Positions 50,195 through 58,471 of a DNA stretch of 64,000 nt are shown one piece after another. Origin of the DNA: Candidatus Pacearchaeota archaeon. GTDB taxonomy: Archaea > Nanobdellota > Nanobdellia > Pacearchaeales > GW2011-AR1. The notes beneath the pieces were generated by a model. The model was not told the origin of the DNA. It did not search any database and saw only the letters and a program-made list of their open reading frames with translations. A program made the translations under genes and the position numbers. How positions within the stretch are numbered: the first letter of the stretch is position 1; each line of letters opens with the position of its first letter. The stretch spans positions 465 to 64,464 of the forward strand of contig JAFCFJ010000008.1 in NCBI GenBank assembly GCA_017608705.1, in the 5' to 3' direction.

Positions 50195-50266
50195 GGGCCC
50201 GTCGGCTAGTGGATAGGCCACCCGGCTTCGGACCGGGTAACAGGGGTTCGAATCCTCTCGGGCCCG
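50195..50266 (+). tRNA. tRNA-Arg(TCG)
   Basis: GGGCCCG acceptor, CCCGG-CTTCGGA-CCGGG anticodon arm, GGTTCGAATCC. Confidence 0.95.
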
Positions 50267-50283
50267 CTAACAATAAACAGAAA

Positions 50284-50802
50284 ATGAAAATCGCTGTTAT
50301 GTCTGACACGCACGAGCAAGAAGGGTTAGTGAGGAAAGCCCTTTCCATGATAAAGGAGCAAGGCATAAACAAGATTTATCATTGTGGCGACATCATATCG
50401 CCATTGCTGCTTGATAGCTTCCGTGGTTTTGATGTTAGCTTTGTTTATGGCAATAATGATGGTGAGCGTCGTGGCTTGGCGAGTAAGGCAAGAGAGCTTG
50501 GTTTCAAGATCGCAGACGGGCTTGTTGTCAAGCATGCGGGGAAGAGCATCTTGGTTCTGCATGGCCACAACAGAGTAAGCCTTATGAAAGCTATACACCT
50601 GCAAAGATTTGATTTTATTTTTACTGGCCATACACATAGAGCTCACATAGAGAGGATAGGAAAAACATTGCTTGTGAACCCAGGGGCATTATTTCATGCC
50701 AAGCCGAGTTTTGCTATTGTTGATCTTGCAAGAGAAAATGCAGAATTGGTTTGGCTTAACGAGCAACATGCTGGTGAGGATGCTCATGGGGCTGTCGGCT
50801 AG
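50284..50802 (+). CDS. YfcE/MJ0936-family metallophosphoesterase
   Basis: SDTH, HCGD, GNND, HG, GHTH, NPG; stop codon lies inside tRNA-Pro. Confidence 0.9.
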   Translation: MKIAVMSDTHEQEGLVRKALSMIKEQGINKIYHCGDIISPLLLDSFRGFDVSFVYGNNDGERRGLASKARELGFKIADGLVVKHAGKSILVLHGHNRVSLMKAIHLQRFDFIFTGHTHRAHIERIGKTLLVNPGALFHAKPSFAIVDLARENAELVWLNEQHAGEDAHGAVG

Positions 50803-50861
50803 TCTGGTTAGGCTTCAGCCTTCGGGAGGCTGCGACCCCGGTTCAAATCCGGGCAGCCCCA
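50788..50861 (+). tRNA. tRNA-Pro(CGG)
   Basis: GGGGCTG/CAGCCCC-A acceptor, CAGCC-TTCGGGA-GGCTG anticodon arm. Confidence 0.95.
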
Positions 50862-50923
50862 TTTTCAAATTATCTTTGTTTTATCATAATTAAATTTTTA
50901 AATTCCTTCTGCAGGAATGTCTC

Positions 50924-52108
50924 ATGCGTGATATAGTGATCGAGAAAGCAAAGCGCTTGCCAATAGAGAAGCAAGCGGTAGAGATTGTGGAAAGGAAAGG
51001 TCTCGGGCATCCAGACACAATTTGCGATGCTGTTTGCGAGGCTGTAAGCCGCAAGCTGAGCAAGTATTATCTTGAGCATTTCGGTAAGGTTTTGCATCAT
51101 AATGTTGATAAGGGTTTGCTTGTTGCTGGCAAGAGCATGCCGAAGTTTGGTGGCGGTTCTGTTGTTAAACCTTTCAAGATCATCGTTGCCGGCCGTGCAA
51201 CTAGCCAGCTAGGTAAAGAAAAAATCAATGTTGGCAAGATTGCTATAGAGGCTGTAAGAGATGTTATGAAAAATTTTCACATGCTCGAGCAAGAGCATTA
51301 TAAAATAGAAATAGAGATCGAGGAAGGTGCAGGTAATCTGCAGGAAGTGTTCAGGAGCAATGTTGAGTTAGCAAATGACACAAGCTTTGGTGTGGGCTAT
51401 GCCCCATATTCACGCACAGAGAACCTTGTTCTTGCTATTTCTGATATGCTGAACTCCAAGGCTTTTATCAAGAAGTTTCCTGCTGTCGGCGAAGATATCA
51501 AGGTTATGGCGCTAAGGGAAAGAGACGAAATAAAGGTGACTGTGGCTGTAGCGTTCATTGATAAATATATTAGTGGTATTGAAGAATATTATGAGGTGAA
51601 GGAAAAAATAAGAGAAGAAATCAAGAGAAAAGCGAAAAAGTATGGAGAATGTGATGTTATTGTTAATGCGCTTGACAAACCTGCTTTTGAGGCTAAAAGC
51701 ATAGATGATGTGTATCTGACTGTCACGGGATTGTCTGCTGAGATGGGTGATGATGGTCAGGTCGGTCGCGGAAATAGGGTTAACGGACTTATCACTCCAT
51801 GCCGTGAAATGTCTCTTGAGGCAGCAGCCGGTAAAAACCCTACGAGGCATGTAGGCAAGCTTTACAATGTACTCGCTAATATTATAGCTTCAGATATAGT
51901 TAAGCAAGGGCTTGCGAATGAATGCTACGTCAAGATCTTAAGCAGGATAGGCTCGCCTGTGAATGAACCTCAAGCAGTGAGTGTGCAGATTGTTGATGGG
52001 TTTACCCTTGGCAAGAAAAATGAAATTAAGGCAGTGGTTGAATCATGGCTTGATAGGATCAATGAGGTAATTCCTCTGATTGTGGATGGCAAGTTAAGGA
52101 TTTATTAG
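50924..52108 (+). CDS. mat: S-adenosylmethionine synthetase (archaeal type)
   Basis: VERKGLGHPDTICD, ANDTSFG, GEDIKVM, GDDGQVGRGNR, GKNPTRHVGK. Confidence 0.96.
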   Translation: MRDIVIEKAKRLPIEKQAVEIVERKGLGHPDTICDAVCEAVSRKLSKYYLEHFGKVLHHNVDKGLLVAGKSMPKFGGGSVVKPFKIIVAGRATSQLGKEKINVGKIAIEAVRDVMKNFHMLEQEHYKIEIEIEEGAGNLQEVFRSNVELANDTSFGVGYAPYSRTENLVLAISDMLNSKAFIKKFPAVGEDIKVMALRERDEIKVTVAVAFIDKYISGIEEYYEVKEKIREEIKRKAKKYGECDVIVNALDKPAFEAKSIDDVYLTVTGLSAEMGDDGQVGRGNRVNGLITPCREMSLEAAAGKNPTRHVGKLYNVLANIIASDIVKQGLANECYVKILSRIGSPVNEPQAVSVQIVDGFTLGKKNEIKAVVESWLDRINEVIPLIVDGKLRIY

Positions 52109-52157
52109 CACCCTTGCTCTTGTAAAAATTTATTAAGCTGTTCTTGGTAGCTGTTCT

Positions 52158-52859
52158 ATGGTATCAGCGCTGAGCATGAAAAAAAAGCATGCTGGAAGAA
52201 AAAAAGGCAAGAAAGATAAGCAGGAGGTAGCGAAAAGCACAGGAAAGAGAAAGCTGAAAATTCTTGCAGTTGGCGATATACACGGCGATACATCTCTAGT
52301 GAAAAAATTGGCAAGGAAAGCAAGAGAAGAGAATGTTGATTTGGTTATTCTTGCCGGTGACTTAACAATGTTCGAGACAAGCACAGAGAATATTGTTGGA
52401 CCTTTTATCAAGTATGGTAAGCAAGTGTTGCTTATACCAGGAAATCACGAAACACTGGCTACCGCAAATTTTCTTGCCGAGCTTTATCCGAACACAAAGA
52501 ATATTCATGGTTATGCTATCAAGATAGGCGATGTTGGAATTTTTGGTGCAGGCTCAGGCAATATAGGGCTGTTCCAGCTTAGCGAGAAAGAGCTTTTTTC
52601 TTTGCTCAAGCAAGGTTTTGAACGTGTTAAGGATGCAAAGAAAAAAATCATGGTTACACATGTACATCCTGCTGGAAGTAAGATAGAGAACTTCTCTGCA
52701 TTCGTGCCTGGAAGTGAAGCTGTGATGAAAGCCATAAAGCGTTTCAAGCCAGATATAGCGATATGCAGTCATGTGCATGAGGCATCTGGTCTCGAGGAAA
52801 AAATAGGAAATACAAGAGTTATCAATGTCAGCCGGGTAGGTAAGATTATCGAAATTTAA
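52158..52859 (+). CDS. Calcineurin-like metallophosphoesterase
   Basis: GDIHG, AGD, PGNHE, THVHP, SHVHE. Confidence 0.9.
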   Translation: MVSALSMKKKHAGRKKGKKDKQEVAKSTGKRKLKILAVGDIHGDTSLVKKLARKAREENVDLVILAGDLTMFETSTENIVGPFIKYGKQVLLIPGNHETLATANFLAELYPNTKNIHGYAIKIGDVGIFGAGSGNIGLFQLSEKELFSLLKQGFERVKDAKKKIMVTHVHPAGSKIENFSAFVPGSEAVMKAIKRFKPDIAICSHVHEASGLEEKIGNTRVINVSRVGKIIEI

Positions 52860-55097
52860 ATGGCTGTAAAAGATTTTGTGGAGATAGACCCAAGGCAAGT
52901 AAGGAAAAGCACAGAGATAGTTGAGAAGCCAAAACCTGTGTTGGAGCGTGTAGAGAAGGAGGGAACAAGAGATGAAAGAGCAGGGAAGAAAAATCACAAG
53001 AATGAGAGCAAAGCAAGAAGAGAGGAAAAAAGAGCAAGAAGTAAGGAAGGGTATGTGCTTATTATCACAGAAAAGCCCCAGGCAGCGTTGAAGATAGCAA
53101 GCGCATTAGGCAAGCCTGTTAGGCACATTGAAAAGGGTGTTCCATACTATGAATTGGAGCGAGATGGAAAGCGTGTAATTGTCGCTGCTGCTGTGGGCCA
53201 TCTTTTTACTCTTGATGAAAAGCAGAAATCGCGAGAATGGCCTGTGTTTGAGCTTGAATGGAAACCCGCCTTCTTGAATAAACGGAGCGCATTTACCAAA
53301 CGTTACTATGACGTACTCGCGAAGTTATGCAAGAATGCTGAGAGCTTTATTATTGCCACAGACTATGATGTAGAAGGCGAGGTTATTGGACTTAACATTT
53401 TGCGTTTTATTGCAAAACAGCAAGACGCAAAACGTATGAAATTTTCAACACTTACGAAGGAAGAGCTTGAGAAAGCTTACGAGGAGGCGAGGCAAACTAT
53501 AGATTGGGGGCAAGCATTAGCTGGCGAGGCACGACATTACCTTGACTGGCTATACGGCATAAATCTGAGCAGAGCATTGATGAACGCTATACGCAAAGCA
53601 GGGCGTTTCAAGATCATGTCTATAGGACGCGTCCAGGGACCGGCCTTACATCTTGTTGTTGAGCGCGAACTTGCGATAAGGAATTTCAAGCCAGAGCCGT
53701 ATTGGCGAATTTATATCTTGACAGATAAAACTGGAAAGCTATTGCTGAAATATCCAAAAGATATAAAGGAAAAGCAAGAGCTGGAAAAATTCGAGGCTCT
53801 CAAGGGCAAAACTTGTGAGCTAACAACGGTAAAGAGAGAGCAAGCAATAAGGCCACCAGTACCGTTTGACTTAACAACCTTGCAAACAGAGGCCTATAAA
53901 TTTTACAAAATAACGCCGGCCAGGGTGTTGCAGATTGCACAACAACTTTATCTTGCGGGTCTTATCAGCTACCCGAGGACAAGCAGCCAAAAATTGCCAG
54001 CAAGTATTCAAGCGAGAAAAATACTTGAGAAGCTCGGCAAGCTCTTTTCCTTCGTTGAGCATGCAACAAGAAGCAAACCTGTAGAGGGAAAGAAAAGCGA
54101 TCCTGCACATCCAGCCATATATCCGACCGGCGAAACTGCTGGGCTGGAAAAGCTAAGCAAGGATGAGGAAAAAATCTATGAGCTTATTGTAAGGCGTTTC
54201 GTGGCTTGCTTTTCCCCTGACGCGATTGTTGAGCAGAAGAAGCTCATTGCTGATGTTGGCGGTTTGAAATTTACAGCTACGGGAGTATGTGTGAAAGAGA
54301 AAGGCTGGATTAATGTGTATCCAACAAGCCTACAGGAGAAAGAATTACCTGATGTGGAAGGAAAAGCAAAGATTACAGATGTGAAGGTTGAGGAGAAGGA
54401 AACACAGCCACCAAAGCGCTATACGCCTGCGAGTCTTGTGCGCGAGCTTGCAAAAAGAAACCTTGGTACGAAGGCTACGAGAGCCATGATTGTGGAAACT
54501 CTCTATGACCGTGGCTATATTGAGGGGCAGCAGATACATGCTACGGAACTCGGCATAAAACTTGTGAGCGCACTGAAAAAGCATTCTCCGATTATCATAG
54601 ATGAGAACTTGACAAGGAACTTTGAAGAAAAGATGGAGGCAATACAGCTGGCAAGGCAGGGGAAAGAAAAACAGCAAGAAATTATAGCTGAAGCGAAAAA
54701 TATTATAGCAAAAATTTCAGAACAGTTCAGGGAAAAGGAGGAGGAGATTGGCAAAGAATTACTTTCTTCGCTTGAGGAGATGAACAAGAGAGAGCGGGAA
54801 GAAAGCAAGCTTATGCAGTGTCCTGCTTGTCAGAAGGGAGCACTTAGGTTGATTTATTCCAAGAAAACAAAGCGATATTTTGTTGCCTGCGATTCATATC
54901 CGGAATGCAAAACAACATTCACGCTTCCGAGAGGCATGATAAAAAAAGCAGGAAAGAAATGTGAAAAATGTGGCTGGCCCATGCTAATGCTTGTAAAGCG
55001 TGGCAAGAGACCGTGGTATTTCTGTTTCAACCCTGCATGTGACAGCAGAAAGAATAGCAACGAAATGAGCAATAATGTTGGAGAAACACATGGCTAG
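52860..55097 (+). CDS. topA: DNA topoisomerase IA
   Basis: ITEKP, DYDVEGE, SIGRVQGP, ISYPRT, LGTKATR, C-terminal C4 zinc ribbons. Confidence 0.96.
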   Translation: MAVKDFVEIDPRQVRKSTEIVEKPKPVLERVEKEGTRDERAGKKNHKNESKARREEKRARSKEGYVLIITEKPQAALKIASALGKPVRHIEKGVPYYELERDGKRVIVAAAVGHLFTLDEKQKSREWPVFELEWKPAFLNKRSAFTKRYYDVLAKLCKNAESFIIATDYDVEGEVIGLNILRFIAKQQDAKRMKFSTLTKEELEKAYEEARQTIDWGQALAGEARHYLDWLYGINLSRALMNAIRKAGRFKIMSIGRVQGPALHLVVERELAIRNFKPEPYWRIYILTDKTGKLLLKYPKDIKEKQELEKFEALKGKTCELTTVKREQAIRPPVPFDLTTLQTEAYKFYKITPARVLQIAQQLYLAGLISYPRTSSQKLPASIQARKILEKLGKLFSFVEHATRSKPVEGKKSDPAHPAIYPTGETAGLEKLSKDEEKIYELIVRRFVACFSPDAIVEQKKLIADVGGLKFTATGVCVKEKGWINVYPTSLQEKELPDVEGKAKITDVKVEEKETQPPKRYTPASLVRELAKRNLGTKATRAMIVETLYDRGYIEGQQIHATELGIKLVSALKKHSPIIIDENLTRNFEEKMEAIQLARQGKEKQQEIIAEAKNIIAKISEQFREKEEEIGKELLSSLEEMNKREREESKLMQCPACQKGALRLIYSKKTKRYFVACDSYPECKTTFTLPRGMIKKAGKKCEKCGWPMLMLVKRGKRPWYFCFNPACDSRKNSNEMSNNVGETHG

Positions 55098-55840
55098 AAA
55101 AACCTTTTTCGTCTTATCCCATCATCAACTATTTCAAATCTTAGTTCCTTCTCACGCAAGCTTCTGTGTTTTCGTAATATTGCTTTCCTTTTGCCACGCT
55201 CATTTTGGAGCTCGATGATACATTTGCTCCAATACTTCAAGATATCACCGCCAACCATATGCACGCCTTTGGTTTTTCCTTCTCTCAGTTCCTGCTCGCT
55301 CAGAAAATCACTATAAACCTGATTTGTTACAAGCACTGGAATATTCTTTTTTCTTGCGATTTCTGCAAGAATGCGTAACTGCTTAGCCAGTTCGCTATTC
55401 ACTTCTCGAACTTTTTCATCATTTTTTTCCTTGTGCGCCTCTCCTAATTCGAGCCTGTAAAGCATGGTAATTCCATCAACGATTATGAGGCCTATATTTG
55501 CTTCAGATTTTTTTAACTCAGTCAGCATTTTTTCAAATGCTTTACATTGCTCCTGGAAGTTTGTCGGTTTCAGCAGTATAATATTTTTCAGCACCTCCTC
55601 AGTCTTATCTTTGGCAAGCTGTTTTACACGCTCTATAGAGAAGCCACCTTCTGTATCGATATAGATTACCTTGTTTCCTTTTTTTGCCTGACTGACAGCA
55701 GCAAGCAAACAAAAATTTGTCTTGCCAGAGCCGGCAGGACCATAGATTGTTGTTATTATGTCACGTTCATAACCTCCATGAAGCCACCTGTTTAAATCAT
55801 AACTTCCTGCAGAAATCTTGTTGCGCCAGCTTTTTTTCAT
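55094..55840 (-). CDS. radB: DNA repair protein RadB
   Basis: GPAGSGKT, YIDTEGG, VTNQV, RadB-specific LRKHR motif. Confidence 0.93.
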   Translation of the reverse strand: MKKSWRNKISAGSYDLNRWLHGGYERDIITTIYGPAGSGKTNFCLLAAVSQAKKGNKVIYIDTEGGFSIERVKQLAKDKTEEVLKNIILLKPTNFQEQCKAFEKMLTELKKSEANIGLIIVDGITMLYRLELGEAHKEKNDEKVREVNSELAKQLRILAEIARKKNIPVLVTNQVYSDFLSEQELREGKTKGVHMVGGDILKYWSKCIIELQNERGKRKAILRKHRSLREKELRFEIVDDGIRRKRFF

Positions 55841-55924
55841 GGTTGAATCAAGACTTGATGATTAATAAAATTTGTTCTTCGTGGAGAAATATTTTTAAGC
55901 TACCTGGATATCTTGTTTTCTACA

Positions 55925-56392
55925 ATGCTTCCAGGGTTGGAAAATCTTGTGGAGTGGCTCAATAACACCTCTGTCTGGGCTAGCGATTTGATTGAGCATG
56001 CAAAGAATCTTTGTTATAGAATTTGTGAACAGAAAGAAAGCGCTGAGATGCTATTGGCTACGCTGGTAGGTTATATAAGCAGGTATGTGAAAAGCGGAAA
56101 TCGAGTAACGAGGAGCAAGGTACAGAATTTCAAGAATGAGGTGGAACATTTTGTTTCTTGCATGGAGCGAGGCTGTTATCTTATCAGTATTGGGTATGAT
56201 AGCGTGGTGAGTTGGTTGCATGGTACACCAACAGAGGTGAGGGTTAGTAACGGAAAGGAAGAATACATTAGTATAAGACTGAGTGAGATCTACAAGACAG
56301 GATATTACAGCGTGCAAGTTCCTGAGGAATTGCCTGTAACAACGAAAGAGGAAGTTAGGAGATTGTTCAGCGAGGACTACAAGATAATATAG
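55925..56392 (+). CDS. Hypothetical protein
   Basis: About 155-aa ORF with upstream TTTTTAAG box. Confidence 0.55.
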   Translation: MLPGLENLVEWLNNTSVWASDLIEHAKNLCYRICEQKESAEMLLATLVGYISRYVKSGNRVTRSKVQNFKNEVEHFVSCMERGCYLISIGYDSVVSWLHGTPTEVRVSNGKEEYISIRLSEIYKTGYYSVQVPEELPVTTKEEVRRLFSEDYKII

Positions 56393-56428
56393 GAAAATTT
56401 ATATTTTTGATTTTTTCTTTAATTTTTT

Positions 56429-57010
56429 ATGAAGCTTGAAACAGCAGCGGAACTTGTAAGGCTAGCTAGAGAAAGTATAGCTAAGGGGTTTGAGGGCGAA
56501 CGACCCGTCTTGCCTGCTCATAGAGAACTCGGAGAAAAGCGTGGCGTTTTTGTTACACTACTTACATGGCCTTCCAGAGAGCTTCGTGGTTGCATAGGTT
56601 TTCCCTTGCCTGTGTTGCCTCTTGCCGAAGCTGTTGTTGAGGCAGCGCGACATGCAGCTTTCAATGATCCACGTTTTATGCCTTTGAGCAAAGAAGAGCT
56701 GGATAAAATTGTTATTGAAGTCTCGGTTTTAACCGTTCCTCATGAAACCAAGGATGTAATGCAGGAACTTGTGATAGGCAAGCATGGCATTATTTGTGAA
56801 TGGAATGGCTTCAGTGGTTTGCTATTGCCACAAGTAGCTGTAGAGCATAATATGAGTAAAGAAGAGTTTGTAAGCGCGGTATGTGAAAAAGCAGGATTGC
56901 CACGGGATGCATGGAAAAAGCATGATGTGAAGTTCAGTTTGTTCGAAGCAGAGATTTTTGCTGAAAAAGAACCCGGTGGTGAAGTAATGAAAGTTGCGCT
57001 CGGAAAATAG
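56429..57010 (+). CDS. AMMECR1-domain protein
   Basis: RGVFVTL, LRGCIG, DPRF, LLLPQVA, CEKAGL. Confidence 0.93.
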   Translation: MKLETAAELVRLARESIAKGFEGERPVLPAHRELGEKRGVFVTLLTWPSRELRGCIGFPLPVLPLAEAVVEAARHAAFNDPRFMPLSKEELDKIVIEVSVLTVPHETKDVMQELVIGKHGIICEWNGFSGLLLPQVAVEHNMSKEEFVSAVCEKAGLPRDAWKKHDVKFSLFEAEIFAEKEPGGEVMKVALGK

Positions 57011-57019
57011 GCCTGATAG

Positions 57020-57283
57020 TTATTTGGTTTTGCTGAATTTTGTGTCAAGCCCTGCCAATTCTTTATCTAGTTTGGCTATTTCCTCCTTCACTATCTTGCT
57101 TACCTCTTTGTCTTTTGTTTTGATAAGCATTATTGGGTTTTTCGTAGGATGTTCGCGTCGCCAAGCAACAAAACTAATATTCGGATTTTCAGCTAACCTT
57201 ACACGCAAGATTTCAGCTATTGTTATGTTATCAATTTCCATTTCTAGTTCATTCTTTTCCTGCTTTCTTATTGTGATTTGCAT
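57020..57283 (-). CDS. rpoL: RNA polymerase subunit L (Rpo11)
   Basis: TIAEILRVRL...FVAWRREHP. Confidence 0.8.
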   Translation of the reverse strand: MQITIRKQEKNELEMEIDNITIAEILRVRLAENPNISFVAWRREHPTKNPIMLIKTKDKEVSKIVKEEIAKLDKELAGLDTKFSKTK

Positions 57284-57357
57284 GTTCTTCCTTTTGTTGA
57301 TAGCTTTATAAATTTTGTTGTCTGCTCTGTCACTCTACTTAACTTGTCTACTGGAAC

Positions 57358-57999
57358 TCAGGCGAGTCCAAATAGCTTTGCAAAGATGAGTTTGAGCCAG
57401 CCCAGTTTTGGTATTCTCGCAATTGCCTTGCCATAAATTTTATTCTCTGGTATGTTTCTTTCAAAACTTAGCTGTCCTGGGTTGGCATCACCTTTTGTTT
57501 CATAATAGGTTTTGTCGTTTTTATGTTTTATAGCCACAACCCTATGGATTACCGGGTGTCTTTGGCCTGCGTCAAAAACTATGACATCACCAACTCGATA
57601 GTAGTTTGCTTTTTTTACTATAACAATATCACCACGTTCCATTCCTGCTTTGAAAGGCCATAGTTTTGCCTGCTCATAATCTATGCTGTGCTTTTCATAC
57701 CACGCGCCTGCATGGTCCCACCATTTCTTGAATTTTTCCTCATTTATGAGCCCAAGCGGTCCAGTAACCTCAGTAGAGATGACTTTTTGTGGCCATTTGA
57801 AATTATGGTTCATGCTTCCTGATTCCACTACCACCAACGGTAGGCTTGTTCCAAGCACGAAGCCAATGAAAGGGAAGAAAATAAATTTCACGAGAATGAA
57901 AATTATCAACAAGGCCACGAACCAACTTGCCAAACTATCAGAGTGCCATATCCAGTTCCATGCCTGTTTTATTTTCTCACCAAAAGATTTTTTCTGCAT
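57358..57999 (-). CDS. Signal peptidase I (Sec11-type)
   Basis: TM helix, VVESGSM, GDIV, VIHRV, TKGDAN. Confidence 0.92.
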   Translation of the reverse strand: MQKKSFGEKIKQAWNWIWHSDSLASWFVALLIIFILVKFIFFPFIGFVLGTSLPLVVVESGSMNHNFKWPQKVISTEVTGPLGLINEEKFKKWWDHAGAWYEKHSIDYEQAKLWPFKAGMERGDIVIVKKANYYRVGDVIVFDAGQRHPVIHRVVAIKHKNDKTYYETKGDANPGQLSFERNIPENKIYGKAIARIPKLGWLKLIFAKLFGLA

Positions 58000-58117
58000 T
58001 CTTGCCACTCCTGATTGTTTCCATAACAATATCCTAAGTTAAAAGCAAAGGAAAGATTTATAAAGTTATGGTATATACACTTTGTATATACATAAAAATG
58101 ATACTGGCAGGAATAAA

Positions 58118-58471
58118 ATGTCTGACATCTTCAATGAGCGTGTGATGTGTAGCAAGTGTGGAAAAGAAATGACAAAGCGTGTATTTGAGCGTGACGGCTT
58201 TAAGCTTAGGGGATGGCAATGTGAGTGTTGCGGAAAGAGGATTTTGCATCCGGCGGACGAGGAAAAATATAAGGATTTCAAGAGAATAAAGAACAAGATT
58301 TTTAAAGTAAAGCTGCGTATGGTTGGAAACAGCTACGCGGTGAGCATTCCAAAAGAGGTTATAAGTTTTATGCGGGAACAAGAAAGACTGGCAAGCCGGA
58401 TAGTAAAGCTATGCATAGAGGAAGCAAAAAAGCTTGCCCTTATATTCAACGAGTTTGATGAGGCAAAATGA
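58118..58471 (+). CDS. Zinc-ribbon plus AbrB/MazE-type DNA-binding protein
   Basis: CSKC...CECCG; [16 protein letters not shown]; ATGA overlap with cdc48. Confidence 0.75.
   Translation: MSDIFNERVMCSKCGKEMTKRVFERDGFKLRGWQCECCGKRILHPADEEKYKDFKRIKNKIFKVKLRMVGNSYAVSIPKEVISFMREQERLASRIVKLCIEEAKKLALIFNEFDEAK

Noticed and set aside
49782-50372. 196-aa minus-strand ORF and the 5' extension of the phosphoesterase to 50209
   Set aside because: Both read through tRNA-Arg; the real phosphoesterase start is 50284
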